Source: an uncultured delta proteobacterium (GTDB lineage: Bacteria; Myxococcota_A; Polyangia; Polyangiales; Polyangiaceae). Taken from it: DNA of 64,000 nucleotides. Location of the stretch: the NCBI GenBank assembly GCA_963716725.1, contig CAVQUB010000007.1, positions 160,001 through 224,000 on the forward strand, in the 5' to 3' direction. Position numbers and translations under genes: made by a program. Below, one piece after another: positions 10,541-19,836 of this stretch. The notes beneath the pieces are model-generated. The model did no database searches and had not been told where the DNA came from. It saw only the letters and a list, made by a program, of their open reading frames with translations. Numbering within the stretch: the first letter of the stretch is position 1; each line of letters begins with the position of its first letter.

Positions 10541-11205
10541 AGCAGCGAAGCCTCGTCGCGGAAGTTGCGAAAGACCGTCACCTCGGGGTGCACCGCGAAC
10601 TTCTTGCTGGCGCGGATGTTGATACCGAGTCCGATGCGCGCGAACACGCCATCGGCGGAACGAGCCGCTTCGTTCCCGCTTCCGCCGCTGACGTCAGCGG
10701 ACACATAGGAATATTCGATTCCCGGGCTGAGCACGAAGGTCAGCGACTTGTTGACGTTGAAGTCGATCAGCAGCGGGCCATGGAGATACACGACGTTGAC
10801 CTTTGTCTTCGTGTCGTTGACCCCGATGGAATACTGATACCACTGCACCCCGGGATCGATGCCCAGGTCCACGCGGCCCTTCACGATGTTCAGCTTCGCG
10901 TCGAAGCCCAGCGAGCTCATGTTGTAGACGTGAAAGCCGACGTCGATGTTGTCACTCGCACCGAGGCGCAGATGATAGGAGGGTGGCAGCGGCAAGAAGA
11001 CGTTGGTCTTCTCGGTCTGCGCGGTGCCGTTGTTGTCCGTGGTGGGGGTCTCGATTCGGGCGCCGAAGCCCTCGGCCGAGATCGAGTGGTTGACCTTGCC
11101 CGCGGGGGTGGTCCGTGCGGTGCCGTAGGTATTTGCGTTGGGGCAGCCCGTCGCCAGCAGCCCCGCGACCACGATCACGGACGCACCAGTTCGCAGCTCG
11201 CCCAT
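10480..11205 (-). CDS. Hypothetical lipoprotein with a beta-strand-rich (barrel-like) body
   Basis: Lipobox LLATGC, alternating strands, C-terminal YMAGIGFNFG. Coding-like codon usage. Confidence 0.7.
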   Translation of the reverse strand: MGELRTGASVIVVAGLLATGCPNANTYGTARTTPAGKVNHSISAEGFGARIETPTTDNNGTAQTEKTNVFLPLPPSYHLRLGASDNIDVGFHVYNMSSLGFDAKLNIVKGRVDLGIDPGVQWYQYSIGVNDTKTKVNVVYLHGPLLIDFNVNKSLTFVLSPGIEYSYVSADVSGGSGNEAARSADGVFARIGLGINIRASKKFAVHPEVTVFRNFRDEASLLYMAGIGFNFGNLPSFDDVE

Positions 11206-11297
11206 GCCCCATGCTACGTCGGGCGCTGGGCCGAGCCTTCCCCGCGCACGGCGGGGCTACCCTCTTTCTGCGAGTCGTGCTGGAAGTACGCCACGCA

Positions 11298-12278
11298 ATG
11301 GCTTTTTCAGTCTGGGCTGAGCTCATGGACGACGACGCCGTCGAGGCGGCCTTCGGGGCCCTGGCGGCTCAGGGTGTGGGCGTCGGCCTCTCGCTGCCGA
11401 GTGTGCGGGTGGGTGACGCTGGCTTCGCCAAGCTCACCCGCAAGGCCGCGGGGGCGGGCGTGCCTCTTCGAATCTGGCCGCTCTTGTCCCCGGAACACGG
11501 CTACTGGATCGGCGAGACCAACGTCGCGGAGACCCGGGACCTGATGGCATCGCTGCTCGCGTGGCGCTCACGCCGCGGCGGCCCGGTCTTTGATGGCGTG
11601 TCCTTCGATCTCGAACCCGATTTTCAGTATAGCGAAGCGCTGCGCCGATGCGCCCGGCTGCGCCCCGACCGAGCGCTCTCGCTCTTGCTCGACAACGTGA
11701 CACCGACACGTTTTGCCAAGGCGCGAGCGAGTCTCGCTCGCACCGTGCAGACGCTGCGTCGGGCTGGCATCGTGGCACACGCGGTCACCTACCCGGTCGT
11801 GCTCGATCAAGCGGTCGGTGACACCACGCTGGAGGACGCGCTGTCGATCCCAGTGAGCGGCATCGACTGGGACGAGGTCAGCTTCATGGTCTACCAGACG
11901 CCCATTGCGCAGCTCACCGGGCGCTGGTTCGGGCCCGCGCTGGTGCGCTCGTACGCAAGGACGGCGGTGGAGCGCTTCGGCGCTCGAGCGGGCATCGACC
12001 TCGGCGTCGTCGGCGATCACGGTGTGGGGCTCGACGCAGGAGATCGCTACCCGACGCCGTCGGCGCTCGCTGCGGATCTGGCGGCGTCACGAGGGGCGGG
12101 CATCCCGCTCGAGCGCACGCGGGTCTACGGGCTGGCGGGCGTGCTCGACTCCGGCGGCGTCGAGGCCTGGCTCGCTGCCCGTCCCAGCGACGTGGAGCCG
12201 GGCGAGAGCCGCGAGGTGGAGGGGTTTCGCAATATCGTGCGCGCCATCGCGACGGGCCTGGGCGCAATGCGCCGCTGA
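11298..12278 (+). CDS. Hypothetical protein (possible TIM-barrel, glycoside-hydrolase-like)
   Basis: Open frame with typical codon usage from ATG 11298. FDGVSFDLEP resembles the DGxDxDxE strand of GH18-like barrels. Also WDEVSFMVY. Confidence 0.55.
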   Translation: MAFSVWAELMDDDAVEAAFGALAAQGVGVGLSLPSVRVGDAGFAKLTRKAAGAGVPLRIWPLLSPEHGYWIGETNVAETRDLMASLLAWRSRRGGPVFDGVSFDLEPDFQYSEALRRCARLRPDRALSLLLDNVTPTRFAKARASLARTVQTLRRAGIVAHAVTYPVVLDQAVGDTTLEDALSIPVSGIDWDEVSFMVYQTPIAQLTGRWFGPALVRSYARTAVERFGARAGIDLGVVGDHGVGLDAGDRYPTPSALAADLAASRGAGIPLERTRVYGLAGVLDSGGVEAWLAARPSDVEPGESREVEGFRNIVRAIATGLGAMRR

Positions 12279-12282
12279 GGGC

Positions 12283-13213
12283 TCAGGGAATGCCGAAGCG
12301 AGCCTTGTTCTCGGCCAGAAACTCCACGTAAAATCCGCTCTCTTGGCGAGCCGGGATCTCTCCGGCTTCGACGGCCGCCTCGAGCGCGCGCTTGATGTCG
12401 CCCAGCTGCTTGGAGGGCGGGATGCCGAAGGTCGCCATGATTTCGTTGCCCACCCCGGTGGGCAGCGGCGGCAGCTTGGCGTCCTCCGCCGCCAGGTCGT
12501 CGATGCGGCCCGCGAGCTCGTCGATCGTGCCGATGCCACGGCGCTTCTTCTCCGGGCGCTTGGTGGTGATGTCCGCGCGCGACAGGCACAACAGGTCGTC
12601 GAGGTGCGGGCCGATTTCCCGCGCGAAGCGCCGCACCGCGCTGTCGGTCCAGCTGCCGTCGTACTGGCTCGCGCGCAGGTGATGCAGGACCAGGAAGCGG
12701 ATCGGTCGAGCGCAGCGCTTCGTCGTCCGCAAAGAAGCGACGCCGACGTTCGAGCTTGTCGAACATGCGCGCGCCCACCTCGGCGTGACCGAAGAAGTGC
12801 ACCTCGCCGTGCTCGTCGATACTGCGGGTCTTCACCTTGCCGATGTCGTGAAGCAGGGCCGCCCAGCGGACCTCGAGGCGCGGCACGCTCTGACACACCA
12901 CCTGCTTGGTGTGCTTCCAGACGTCCTTGTGACGCCACTCGCCGTCGCCGAAGCCCACCATGGACTTGACCTCGGGGATCAGCACGTCGAGCACACCGGT
13001 AACCAAGAGCGAGTCGAGCCCCGCGTCGGCGTACTCGCCCATCATCACCCGGTCGAGAAAGGGGCGCGCGTCGGTCGCCGCGAGCGGCTCGAGGTCGCCG
13101 GGGGCAACCACCACCACCGGATGGTCGCTCACCCCGCGCTCGGCGAACTCCGCCGCGCGCGCGAGTGCGTGCATGGCTCGGGTCTTGTCCACGGCGATCT
13201 GCATTTCGGTCAT
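12283..13213 (-). CDS. HD-domain protein resembling the C-terminal part of CCA-adding/poly(A) polymerases, with one frameshift near 12704
   Basis: HKDVWKHT...WAALLHDIGKVKT...FFGHAEVGA is in one frame. IRFLVLHHLR...WTDSAVRR...LSRADITT...GNEIM continues in another frame after one extra base (ACCG ATC). Confidence 0.85.
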
Positions 13214-13313
13214 GGGTCGGGGCGACTGGGCTTCGCGGGCGGCCGGCCCTTTAGCATAGCTCCGCCAGGAAATGGCCTTACCCCGCGGGCGGTCCTGCGC
13301 CATGCTCGGGCCG

Positions 13314-14282
13314 ATGCGCCGAATCGCCGCGCTCTTGCTGCCCTTGTGCTGGGTCGTTGCCGGTTGTCCGGGAACCGACCAGGACTTCTCCGTTCCAACG
13401 AAAGACGCGGAACCCGGGCCACCGGACGCCGCGATCGACTTCGAGGCGGGGCCGCCCGTGCCCGTGACGGTCATGACCTGGAACGTCAAGAATCTCTACA
13501 ACGACAAGCGGGACAGCCTCGAGATCGCCCAGGCCGACGAGACCATCGTCTCGGCCAGCGAGTACAAAGCCAAGCTCGCCGCCGTCGCCGCCGTCATCGC
13601 CGCGGCCAAGCCCGACGTGGTGGTGCTACAAGAAGTCGAGAACCAGGTCGTGCTTGGCGACCTCGGGACCAAGCTCGCTGCCTATCCCCACCGCTCGATC
13701 AGCCAAGGCAATGACCCGCGCGGCATCGACATCGCGGTGCTGTCCGAGTTGCCCCTTCAGATCGGGCCCTCCCACAAAGGCGAGTTCTTCAAGGCCTCCA
13801 CCGATCCGACGCAGACCTTCAAGTTTGCGCGCGACGTGCTCGAGGTTCACCTGAACGTCAACGGGCGCCACTTGGCGCTGCTCGGCGTGCACTTCAAGGC
13901 CGAAGACGGCGATCCAAAGAGCGCCGTCAAGCGCATCGCCGAAGCGGAGCAGACCCGAAAGATCGCCACCGGGATCAGCTTCGGCAACTCGAGCGCGGCC
14001 ATCGTCGTACTCGGCGACTTCAACTCCACCCCGGATTCCGATCCGATGAACGCGTTGGCAGGCAACGCCCCGTTCCTCTTCTCGAGCGCCACCGAGACAC
14101 TGGCGACCGCCGACCGCTACAGCGTGACCTTCGGCGGCAATCCCCAGCTCTATGACGACCACCGGTGCGACCCCATCGCCAAGGGGCTCTTGGATATCGC
14201 GAGCGTGACCATCGTGCACGACGCAGCGGTGAACGCCGCGAGCGATCACGACCCCGTGGTCGCGACCTACCAGCTGCATTGA
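13314..14282 (+). CDS. Endonuclease/exonuclease/phosphatase (EEP) family lipoprotein
   Basis: Lipobox VAGC, MTWNVKN, DVVVLQEVEN, GVHFKA, VLGDFNS, ASDHDPV. Confidence 0.9.
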   Translation: MRRIAALLLPLCWVVAGCPGTDQDFSVPTKDAEPGPPDAAIDFEAGPPVPVTVMTWNVKNLYNDKRDSLEIAQADETIVSASEYKAKLAAVAAVIAAAKPDVVVLQEVENQVVLGDLGTKLAAYPHRSISQGNDPRGIDIAVLSELPLQIGPSHKGEFFKASTDPTQTFKFARDVLEVHLNVNGRHLALLGVHFKAEDGDPKSAVKRIAEAEQTRKIATGISFGNSSAAIVVLGDFNSTPDSDPMNALAGNAPFLFSSATETLATADRYSVTFGGNPQLYDDHRCDPIAKGLLDIASVTIVHDAAVNAASDHDPVVATYQLH

Positions 14283-14391
14283 CTGGGAGCCTGTTCGCTT
14301 CCTGCGGGAGGTTTTGCGGCTAAGTCCGCGAAATCACATGCTGAAGCGCGGGAAATTTGGCGCGCGCTGTACGCTTCCACGTCCAACCTGC

Positions 14392-17300
14392 ATGGTCTCG
14401 CACCGGCGCCCCATCGATTTCGGCCGCCTGCTGGCGCGGCTTTTGTGCGCCCTGTTCGCTCTGATCGGCGCGGTACCGCTGGCGTTGGCGACCGCGGTGC
14501 GCTCTGGGCCCGTGCTCGATTGGGTCTCCCGCGAGACGTCTCGGGTCCTGGCCCAAGAGCTGGGGGTGACCGCCAGCTACCGCGTCGAGATGCAGCTCGT
14601 GCCCTTGCGGGTGGCGCTTCACGACTTGACCCTTCCTTCATCCGACGGCGGCGCGCCCTTTCTCGTTGCCGAGAGCGCGTCGGTGCGCCCGCGCTTCTTC
14701 TCGCTCTTGGCTGGGCGCTTCGACGTTGGTGAGGTCGAGATCCAACGCCCCAAAGCCCGCGTGGTCCTGCGCGGCGGCAAGCTCGCCAACCTCGCCTATC
14801 GGCTGCCGGAGACCCGAGCGCCTTCCAAGAAGGTCACGCGCGCACCCTTCGGATCCCTCGGTATCACCGAAGCCGAGATCGACCTCGACGTGGACGGGGT
14901 CCGGGTCACCACGGGCCCGATGGACGTGGACGTGTTCGCGGATCCGGGGCCGGTCTTCGAGATCGGGATTCGCGCAGCCGAGACCCTGATCACGACCCCG
15001 CGCCAGGTGAAGCTCAGCGCGGTCGACGCGCGACCGAATCGTCGCGGGGAGCTCGACCGGGTGAGCCAACGGGAGTTTGCCTTCGACGCGTTCGACGAGG
15101 ATGTCGTCTGCCAGCTCGACGCACGCCTGCGCGTCGAAGGCGACAAGCTGCTGGTGCGGCGCCTGAGCCTGATCGGAGTCGCGGACCAGGACCCCGGTGA
15201 GAACACCCGACCCGCCTGCGTGGCCGAAGACGATCCGAGCGCGGCGCGGGTGGCTTTGCGCCTATCTCAGCTGCGAATCGAGCCCCGCGCCGGCCTGATG
15301 CCTCTCGTCGACGGCCACGTGGTGGTGCGCGCGCCCGCCTCGGTGGCCAACCGCTACGTGAACATGGGACCGCTCGCGGGCTGGGTCGCGTTTTCGGGGG
15401 ACCTGCGCTTCGATGGGCGCACCAAGCTGCCCGAAGTGCGCGGACGGCTCCGGGGCGGCGATCTGCAAATCGATGTCTATCGTCTCGCGAAGAAGCTCGA
15501 CGCGACCGTCGCCCTCGAGAACGACAGCGTCGAGATTTCACGCTTCGAGACCCACTTCTCCGACGGAGTGGTGGTGATCAGCGATGCCAAGATCGATCCC
15601 TTCGAGCCTGGCGCACCCCTCACGGCGGCCCGAGTGGACGGCAATGGCGTCTCGTTCTCGAAGATGATGGACGATCTCGGGGTGACGCCGGACACCATTG
15701 TCGCTTGGGATCTCGACAAGACCCGGGTCACCAAGATCAAGGGCACGCTCTCGCCGCTGCGCATCGAAGGCGATCTGGCGGCGGAGACCAGTGACTTCGA
15801 GGTCTTCAATCGCGCGTACCACGACCCCGCGCGCAAACACATGATCGGCGTGCGCTCGGCCAGCATTCGCGGACGCTTTGGGGTGCGACCCGACGCCTTG
15901 GACTTTTTCGACACGCGCGTGACCTTCGGCAAGAGCGTCATCAACGCGCACCTGGTCAGCATCGGGTTTCACAACCAGATCGAGCTCGACATCACCAAGG
16001 GCGTGAAGATCGATCTCGCCGACGTGAGCCCGCTGGTCGACATCCCTTGGGCCGGATCCGCCGAGCTTTCCGTGCGCATGTCCGGCAAGATGGGGCACCC
16101 CGTCCTGACCGGCGATCTCGCCATTTCGAAGTTCGAGTTCGGCGGCTTCCCCGTGGGCGATCTCAAGAGCGGCAAGGTTCGCTTCCAGCCGCTGACGGTC
16201 GACTTCTTCGACTTGCACGGCAGAAAGGGCAAGAGCGACTTCGTGATCCCGACGGCGCGCCTCGACTTCGAGAGCGGCTCGACGGTGATCGCCGACGCCA
16301 CGCTGCAAGCTCAACGCTTCGACGTTCGGGACTTCTTCGCGATGTTCTCGTTCGACAAGGATCCACGCTTCGATCCCATCTTCGGAGCGGGCAAGATCGA
16401 CGCGCGGGTGCACTACGATCTCGGGGGTCGGAAGGACCGTTGCGGCGGGGGTGTATTGAGCGTGGCCGGCAGTGTCGACATGAAGAACCTCGACCTGTTC
16501 GAGGAGAAGTACGACACCGGTCGCGCCGACTTCGACTTCCGCTGGCTCGATCGAGACGCGAGCTACCTCGGGATCGAGATGGACATACCGAGCATCACGC
16601 TCAGCAAAGGCACGGGCACCTTGCTCGGATCGCTGAGCATGCGCCAGGGCGGCGACGTCCGCGGGAACCTGGTGGGCACTTCGCTTCCCCTCTCCGAGAT
16701 CGACAGCATGGGCGTGCTGGGCGCGATGGTGGACGCACGCGGCAGCGGCGTCGCCGAGGTGAGCGGTACGGTAGATGCGCTCGCCTTCAGCAGCCACGTA
16801 CGGATTTCGCCGGCACGACTCGGCAGCCAGACGTTGCCCGCGTCCGACTTGTCGGTGACGCTGAAGCCCGTCAAGCGCTCGCCCAAGGTCATCGGGCGGT
16901 CGCGCTGCGGCGGCGCGATCACCGCGCCCTTCGACCGCTCGGAGTGGGAGTCGGACGCCATCGCCGGCGTGTTTCACCTGCGCGGCAAGCTGTTTGGCGG
17001 GCAGATCGGCTTCGACGATCTGCGCCTGACCCGCCAGCGCAAGAAGACCGTGCGCGGCGAGCTCGCCTTCGCGGATCTCGATCTTGGCGCCTTCGCGGAT
17101 CTCGCTCCGGCCGCGGGCGGGGCCAAGACCCTGGGCAAGCTGAGCGGCAAGCTGGCCGTAGACGAGCTGCCGCTCGACTCCCCGAGCCGGGCCGCGGGCT
17201 CCCTCACCATCGAGCGGCTTTCGCTGAGCCGAGGCGGGCTCTCGGCCGACGTGCTGCCGGGCGCCCGACCCGTCGCGCTCGCTGGTGGAAAGCTGACCTT

Positions 17301-18810
17301 CCCCGGCCTCGCCCTCTCAGTACGCACGCCCGGCGGGCAAGAGAGTGTCTTCGACCTGAAGGGCGGCGTCACGGATCTTGGCAGGGGCTCCAACGTCGAT
17401 GCTTCGCTCACGCTTCGCCCGATGAACCTCGAGAAGCTCTCGGGAGCGTTCCCTCGCGTGCAGAACGTGAAGGGCAAGCTGGCCGGAGGCGTCCAGGTCA
17501 CCGGACCCGTCGCTGCGCTGCGCTATCGTGGCGGCTTCGATCTCGATGGCGGCGAGGTGCAAATCCGAGGCTTTGCGCCCATCACAGAGGTGAAGGTGTC
17601 GCTGGCCGTCGACAACGACGAGTTGCGGTTGACGCGCGGGTCGGCGCGGGTCGGCAATGGATCGATCGGCATCAGCGGCAGCGCGCCCTTCAAGGGTTTT
17701 CAGCTCGGCAGCGCCGCGGGCATCATTCGCGCGCGTGACATCGCGCTCCCCCTCGCCGAGGGCGTGAAGGGCAGTGTGGACGGCGATCTGGCCGTGAAGT
17801 GGGATCCTGCGCCCGACGGCGCCACCGAGCGCACGCTCCCGCGGCTGACCGGCAACGTTCTGCTCAAGTCCTTCGAGTATACGCGGCCGGTGGTCATGAC
17901 CGCCGACATCGCCACCTTGGCTCAGCGCGGAAAGCGCACGACCTTCGAAGCCTACGATCCTGCTGACGACTTCCTGGACTTCGACGTCACGCTCAGGAGT
18001 GATCGCGCGCTCAAGCTCCGCAACAACCTGATTGAAGCCGAACTCCTGCTCGAGCCCGAGGGGCTCACTCTGGCTGGCACGAACCAGCGCTTCGGCATGC
18101 GCGGCGAGGTGAAGATCAAGCCGGGTGGGACCATCAAGCTCCGGCGCAACGAGTTCGAAATCCGCCAAGGCGTCGTGCGCTTCGACGACGTGACGCGGAT
18201 CGCGCCCCAGGTGGACGTCACGGCGGTCACCGAATACCGGCGATACAGCGAGAAGGGAGCACAGGCGGCGCCGAGCGCCGGCTCCGGGCAGTCGGGCACG
18301 GCCGCGCAGGGCGGACGCTGGCGGATCGCGATGCGCGCCCACGGCGACGCCGACAAGCTGGCCATCGATCTGACCAGCGATCCCGCCTTGGCGCAGGACG
18401 ACATCTTCTTGTTGCTCACCGTGGGCCTGACCCGCGCCGAGCTCGACCAGGCTCAGAGCGCGAGCGTGGGCGAGTCAGTGGCCCTCGAGGCCCTCGGTAC
18501 CCTGAGCGGCGCCGATCGCGCGGTGACGGAGGCCTTGCCGGTGATCGACGAGTTCCGTTTCGGCAGCGCCTACTCGTCGCGCACGGGTCGCACCGAGCCC
18601 ACGGTCACCATCGGCAAGCGCTTGGCGGAGCGCATTCGGGCCAACGTGACCAGCGGTCTGGCCGAGTCCCGGGAGATCCGCTCCAACCTGGAGTGGCGCC
18701 TCTCGAATCGCGTGAGCCTCGAAGGCTCGTACGACAACGTGAACGACATCTCGAGCTCGTCGCTTGGAAACCTGGGCGCGGACATCCGCTGGCGGCTCGA
18801 GTTCGAGTGA
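14392..18810 (+). CDS. tamB: TamB/AsmA-like translocation and assembly module protein (DUF490 C-terminus)
   Basis: About 1470 aa with an N-terminal membrane anchor, a long beta-rich body, and a TamB-type C-terminus (LTSDPALAQDDIFLLL...VTIGKRLAERI...LGADIRWRLEFE). Confidence 0.8.
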   Translation: MVSHRRPIDFGRLLARLLCALFALIGAVPLALATAVRSGPVLDWVSRETSRVLAQELGVTASYRVEMQLVPLRVALHDLTLPSSDGGAPFLVAESASVRPRFFSLLAGRFDVGEVEIQRPKARVVLRGGKLANLAYRLPETRAPSKKVTRAPFGSLGITEAEIDLDVDGVRVTTGPMDVDVFADPGPVFEIGIRAAETLITTPRQVKLSAVDARPNRRGELDRVSQREFAFDAFDEDVVCQLDARLRVEGDKLLVRRLSLIGVADQDPGENTRPACVAEDDPSAARVALRLSQLRIEPRAGLMPLVDGHVVVRAPASVANRYVNMGPLAGWVAFSGDLRFDGRTKLPEVRGRLRGGDLQIDVYRLAKKLDATVALENDSVEISRFETHFSDGVVVISDAKIDPFEPGAPLTAARVDGNGVSFSKMMDDLGVTPDTIVAWDLDKTRVTKIKGTLSPLRIEGDLAAETSDFEVFNRAYHDPARKHMIGVRSASIRGRFGVRPDALDFFDTRVTFGKSVINAHLVSIGFHNQIELDITKGVKIDLADVSPLVDIPWAGSAELSVRMSGKMGHPVLTGDLAISKFEFGGFPVGDLKSGKVRFQPLTVDFFDLHGRKGKSDFVIPTARLDFESGSTVIADATLQAQRFDVRDFFAMFSFDKDPRFDPIFGAGKIDARVHYDLGGRKDRCGGGVLSVAGSVDMKNLDLFEEKYDTGRADFDFRWLDRDASYLGIEMDIPSITLSKGTGTLLGSLSMRQGGDVRGNLVGTSLPLSEIDSMGVLGAMVDARGSGVAEVSGTVDALAFSSHVRISPARLGSQTLPASDLSVTLKPVKRSPKVIGRSRCGGAITAPFDRSEWESDAIAGVFHLRGKLFGGQIGFDDLRLTRQRKKTVRGELAFADLDLGAFADLAPAAGGAKTLGKLSGKLAVDELPLDSPSRAAGSLTIERLSLSRGGLSADVLPGARPVALAGGKLTFPGLALSVRTPGGQESVFDLKGGVTDLGRGSNVDASLTLRPMNLEKLSGAFPRVQNVKGKLAGGVQVTGPVAALRYRGGFDLDGGEVQIRGFAPITEVKVSLAVDNDELRLTRGSARVGNGSIGISGSAPFKGFQLGSAAGIIRARDIALPLAEGVKGSVDGDLAVKWDPAPDGATERTLPRLTGNVLLKSFEYTRPVVMTADIATLAQRGKRTTFEAYDPADDFLDFDVTLRSDRALKLRNNLIEAELLLEPEGLTLAGTNQRFGMRGEVKIKPGGTIKLRRNEFEIRQGVVRFDDVTRIAPQVDVTAVTEYRRYSEKGAQAAPSAGSGQSGTAAQGGRWRIAMRAHGDADKLAIDLTSDPALAQDDIFLLLTVGLTRAELDQAQSASVGESVALEALGTLSGADRAVTEALPVIDEFRFGSAYSSRTGRTEPTVTIGKRLAERIRANVTSGLAESREIRSNLEWRLSNRVSLEGSYDNVNDISSSSLGNLGADIRWRLEFE

Positions 18811-18870
18811 CGGCTGCGCGCGGTCGCCCAGCGTGCTAGCAAGCAAACATCAGCAGCGGGAGAGCAAGCG

Positions 18871-19791
18871 ATGCGAAAAGGATCTTGGTTCTTGGCGTTG
18901 GGCGTGGGCTGGATCGCGGCTGCGGGCTGCGGGGGTTCGACCGGCGACGGCTCGAGTTCGGCGACGCCGGTCCCTGCGGACCAATTCGTTTCAGCATTCG
19001 TCAACGCGGTCTGCGACAACCTGGGCCCGTGCTGCCAGAAGTCAGGGCTGAAGTACGCCGCCGCGGGCTGCAAGGCCGTGGGAATGGAGGAGTTTGCGTC
19101 GGACTTCAAGCCGAACCTGCCGAACACCCTCTACGACGCGGCGGCGGCAGGCAAATGCGTCGCGGCAGTGAAGAACGCCGCCACCACCTGCAGTGACTTC
19201 GACGGCATCGACGAGCTCTGCAGCCGCATCCTGAAGGGCACGCTCCAAGAGGGCGCGACCTGCACCGAGGACGAAGAGTGTGCTGCTCCGGCCAACGGCC
19301 GCGCGGAGTGCGACTACGCCCTCGACGCCCCGAACGGCAAGTGCGTCGTGCAAGCGCGCGGCAAGCTCGGCGATGGCTGCACCGATACCTGCACCGAGAG
19401 CGCGTCGTCGATATCGTGCTCGGGCGGTTCGAGCGGCGCGCCGTCGTCGGGCAACGCCACTTGTTACACCAACGATGGCGTCTACTGCGACGGGACTTGC
19501 AAGCCCGTGATCCCCCTGGGCGGTGCCTGCGAGTACGAGGGCTGCGTGACCGGAGCGTTCTGCGACCAGGGCAAGTGCGCGGCGATGCCCGGTGCCGGTA
19601 GCCCCTGCGCTAACGGCTACGACTGCGCCGAAGGTCACTACTGCGACGAGAAGCAGATCTGTCAAAAGCAGAAGGCCTTGGGCCAGCCCTGCGCGTCGTC
19701 CGACGAATGTTCGACGAGCGAGTGCGACGGAACCACCTGCGTGGTGGACTCGCCGGTCTCGACCGAGATCTGCGACGGCACCAAGTCCTGA
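18871..19791 (+). CDS. Cys-rich lipoprotein (myxobacterial type)
   Basis: Lipobox AAAGC, many repeated GxxC...C...C modules, GGAGAG RBS. Confidence 0.8.
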   Translation: MRKGSWFLALGVGWIAAAGCGGSTGDGSSSATPVPADQFVSAFVNAVCDNLGPCCQKSGLKYAAAGCKAVGMEEFASDFKPNLPNTLYDAAAAGKCVAAVKNAATTCSDFDGIDELCSRILKGTLQEGATCTEDEECAAPANGRAECDYALDAPNGKCVVQARGKLGDGCTDTCTESASSISCSGGSSGAPSSGNATCYTNDGVYCDGTCKPVIPLGGACEYEGCVTGAFCDQGKCAAMPGAGSPCANGYDCAEGHYCDEKQICQKQKALGQPCASSDECSTSECDGTTCVVDSPVSTEICDGTKS

Positions 19792-19836
19792 GCTTCCGGG
19801 TCAGCGTGGGCCGTGAACTTCGGCTAGCATGGCCCG

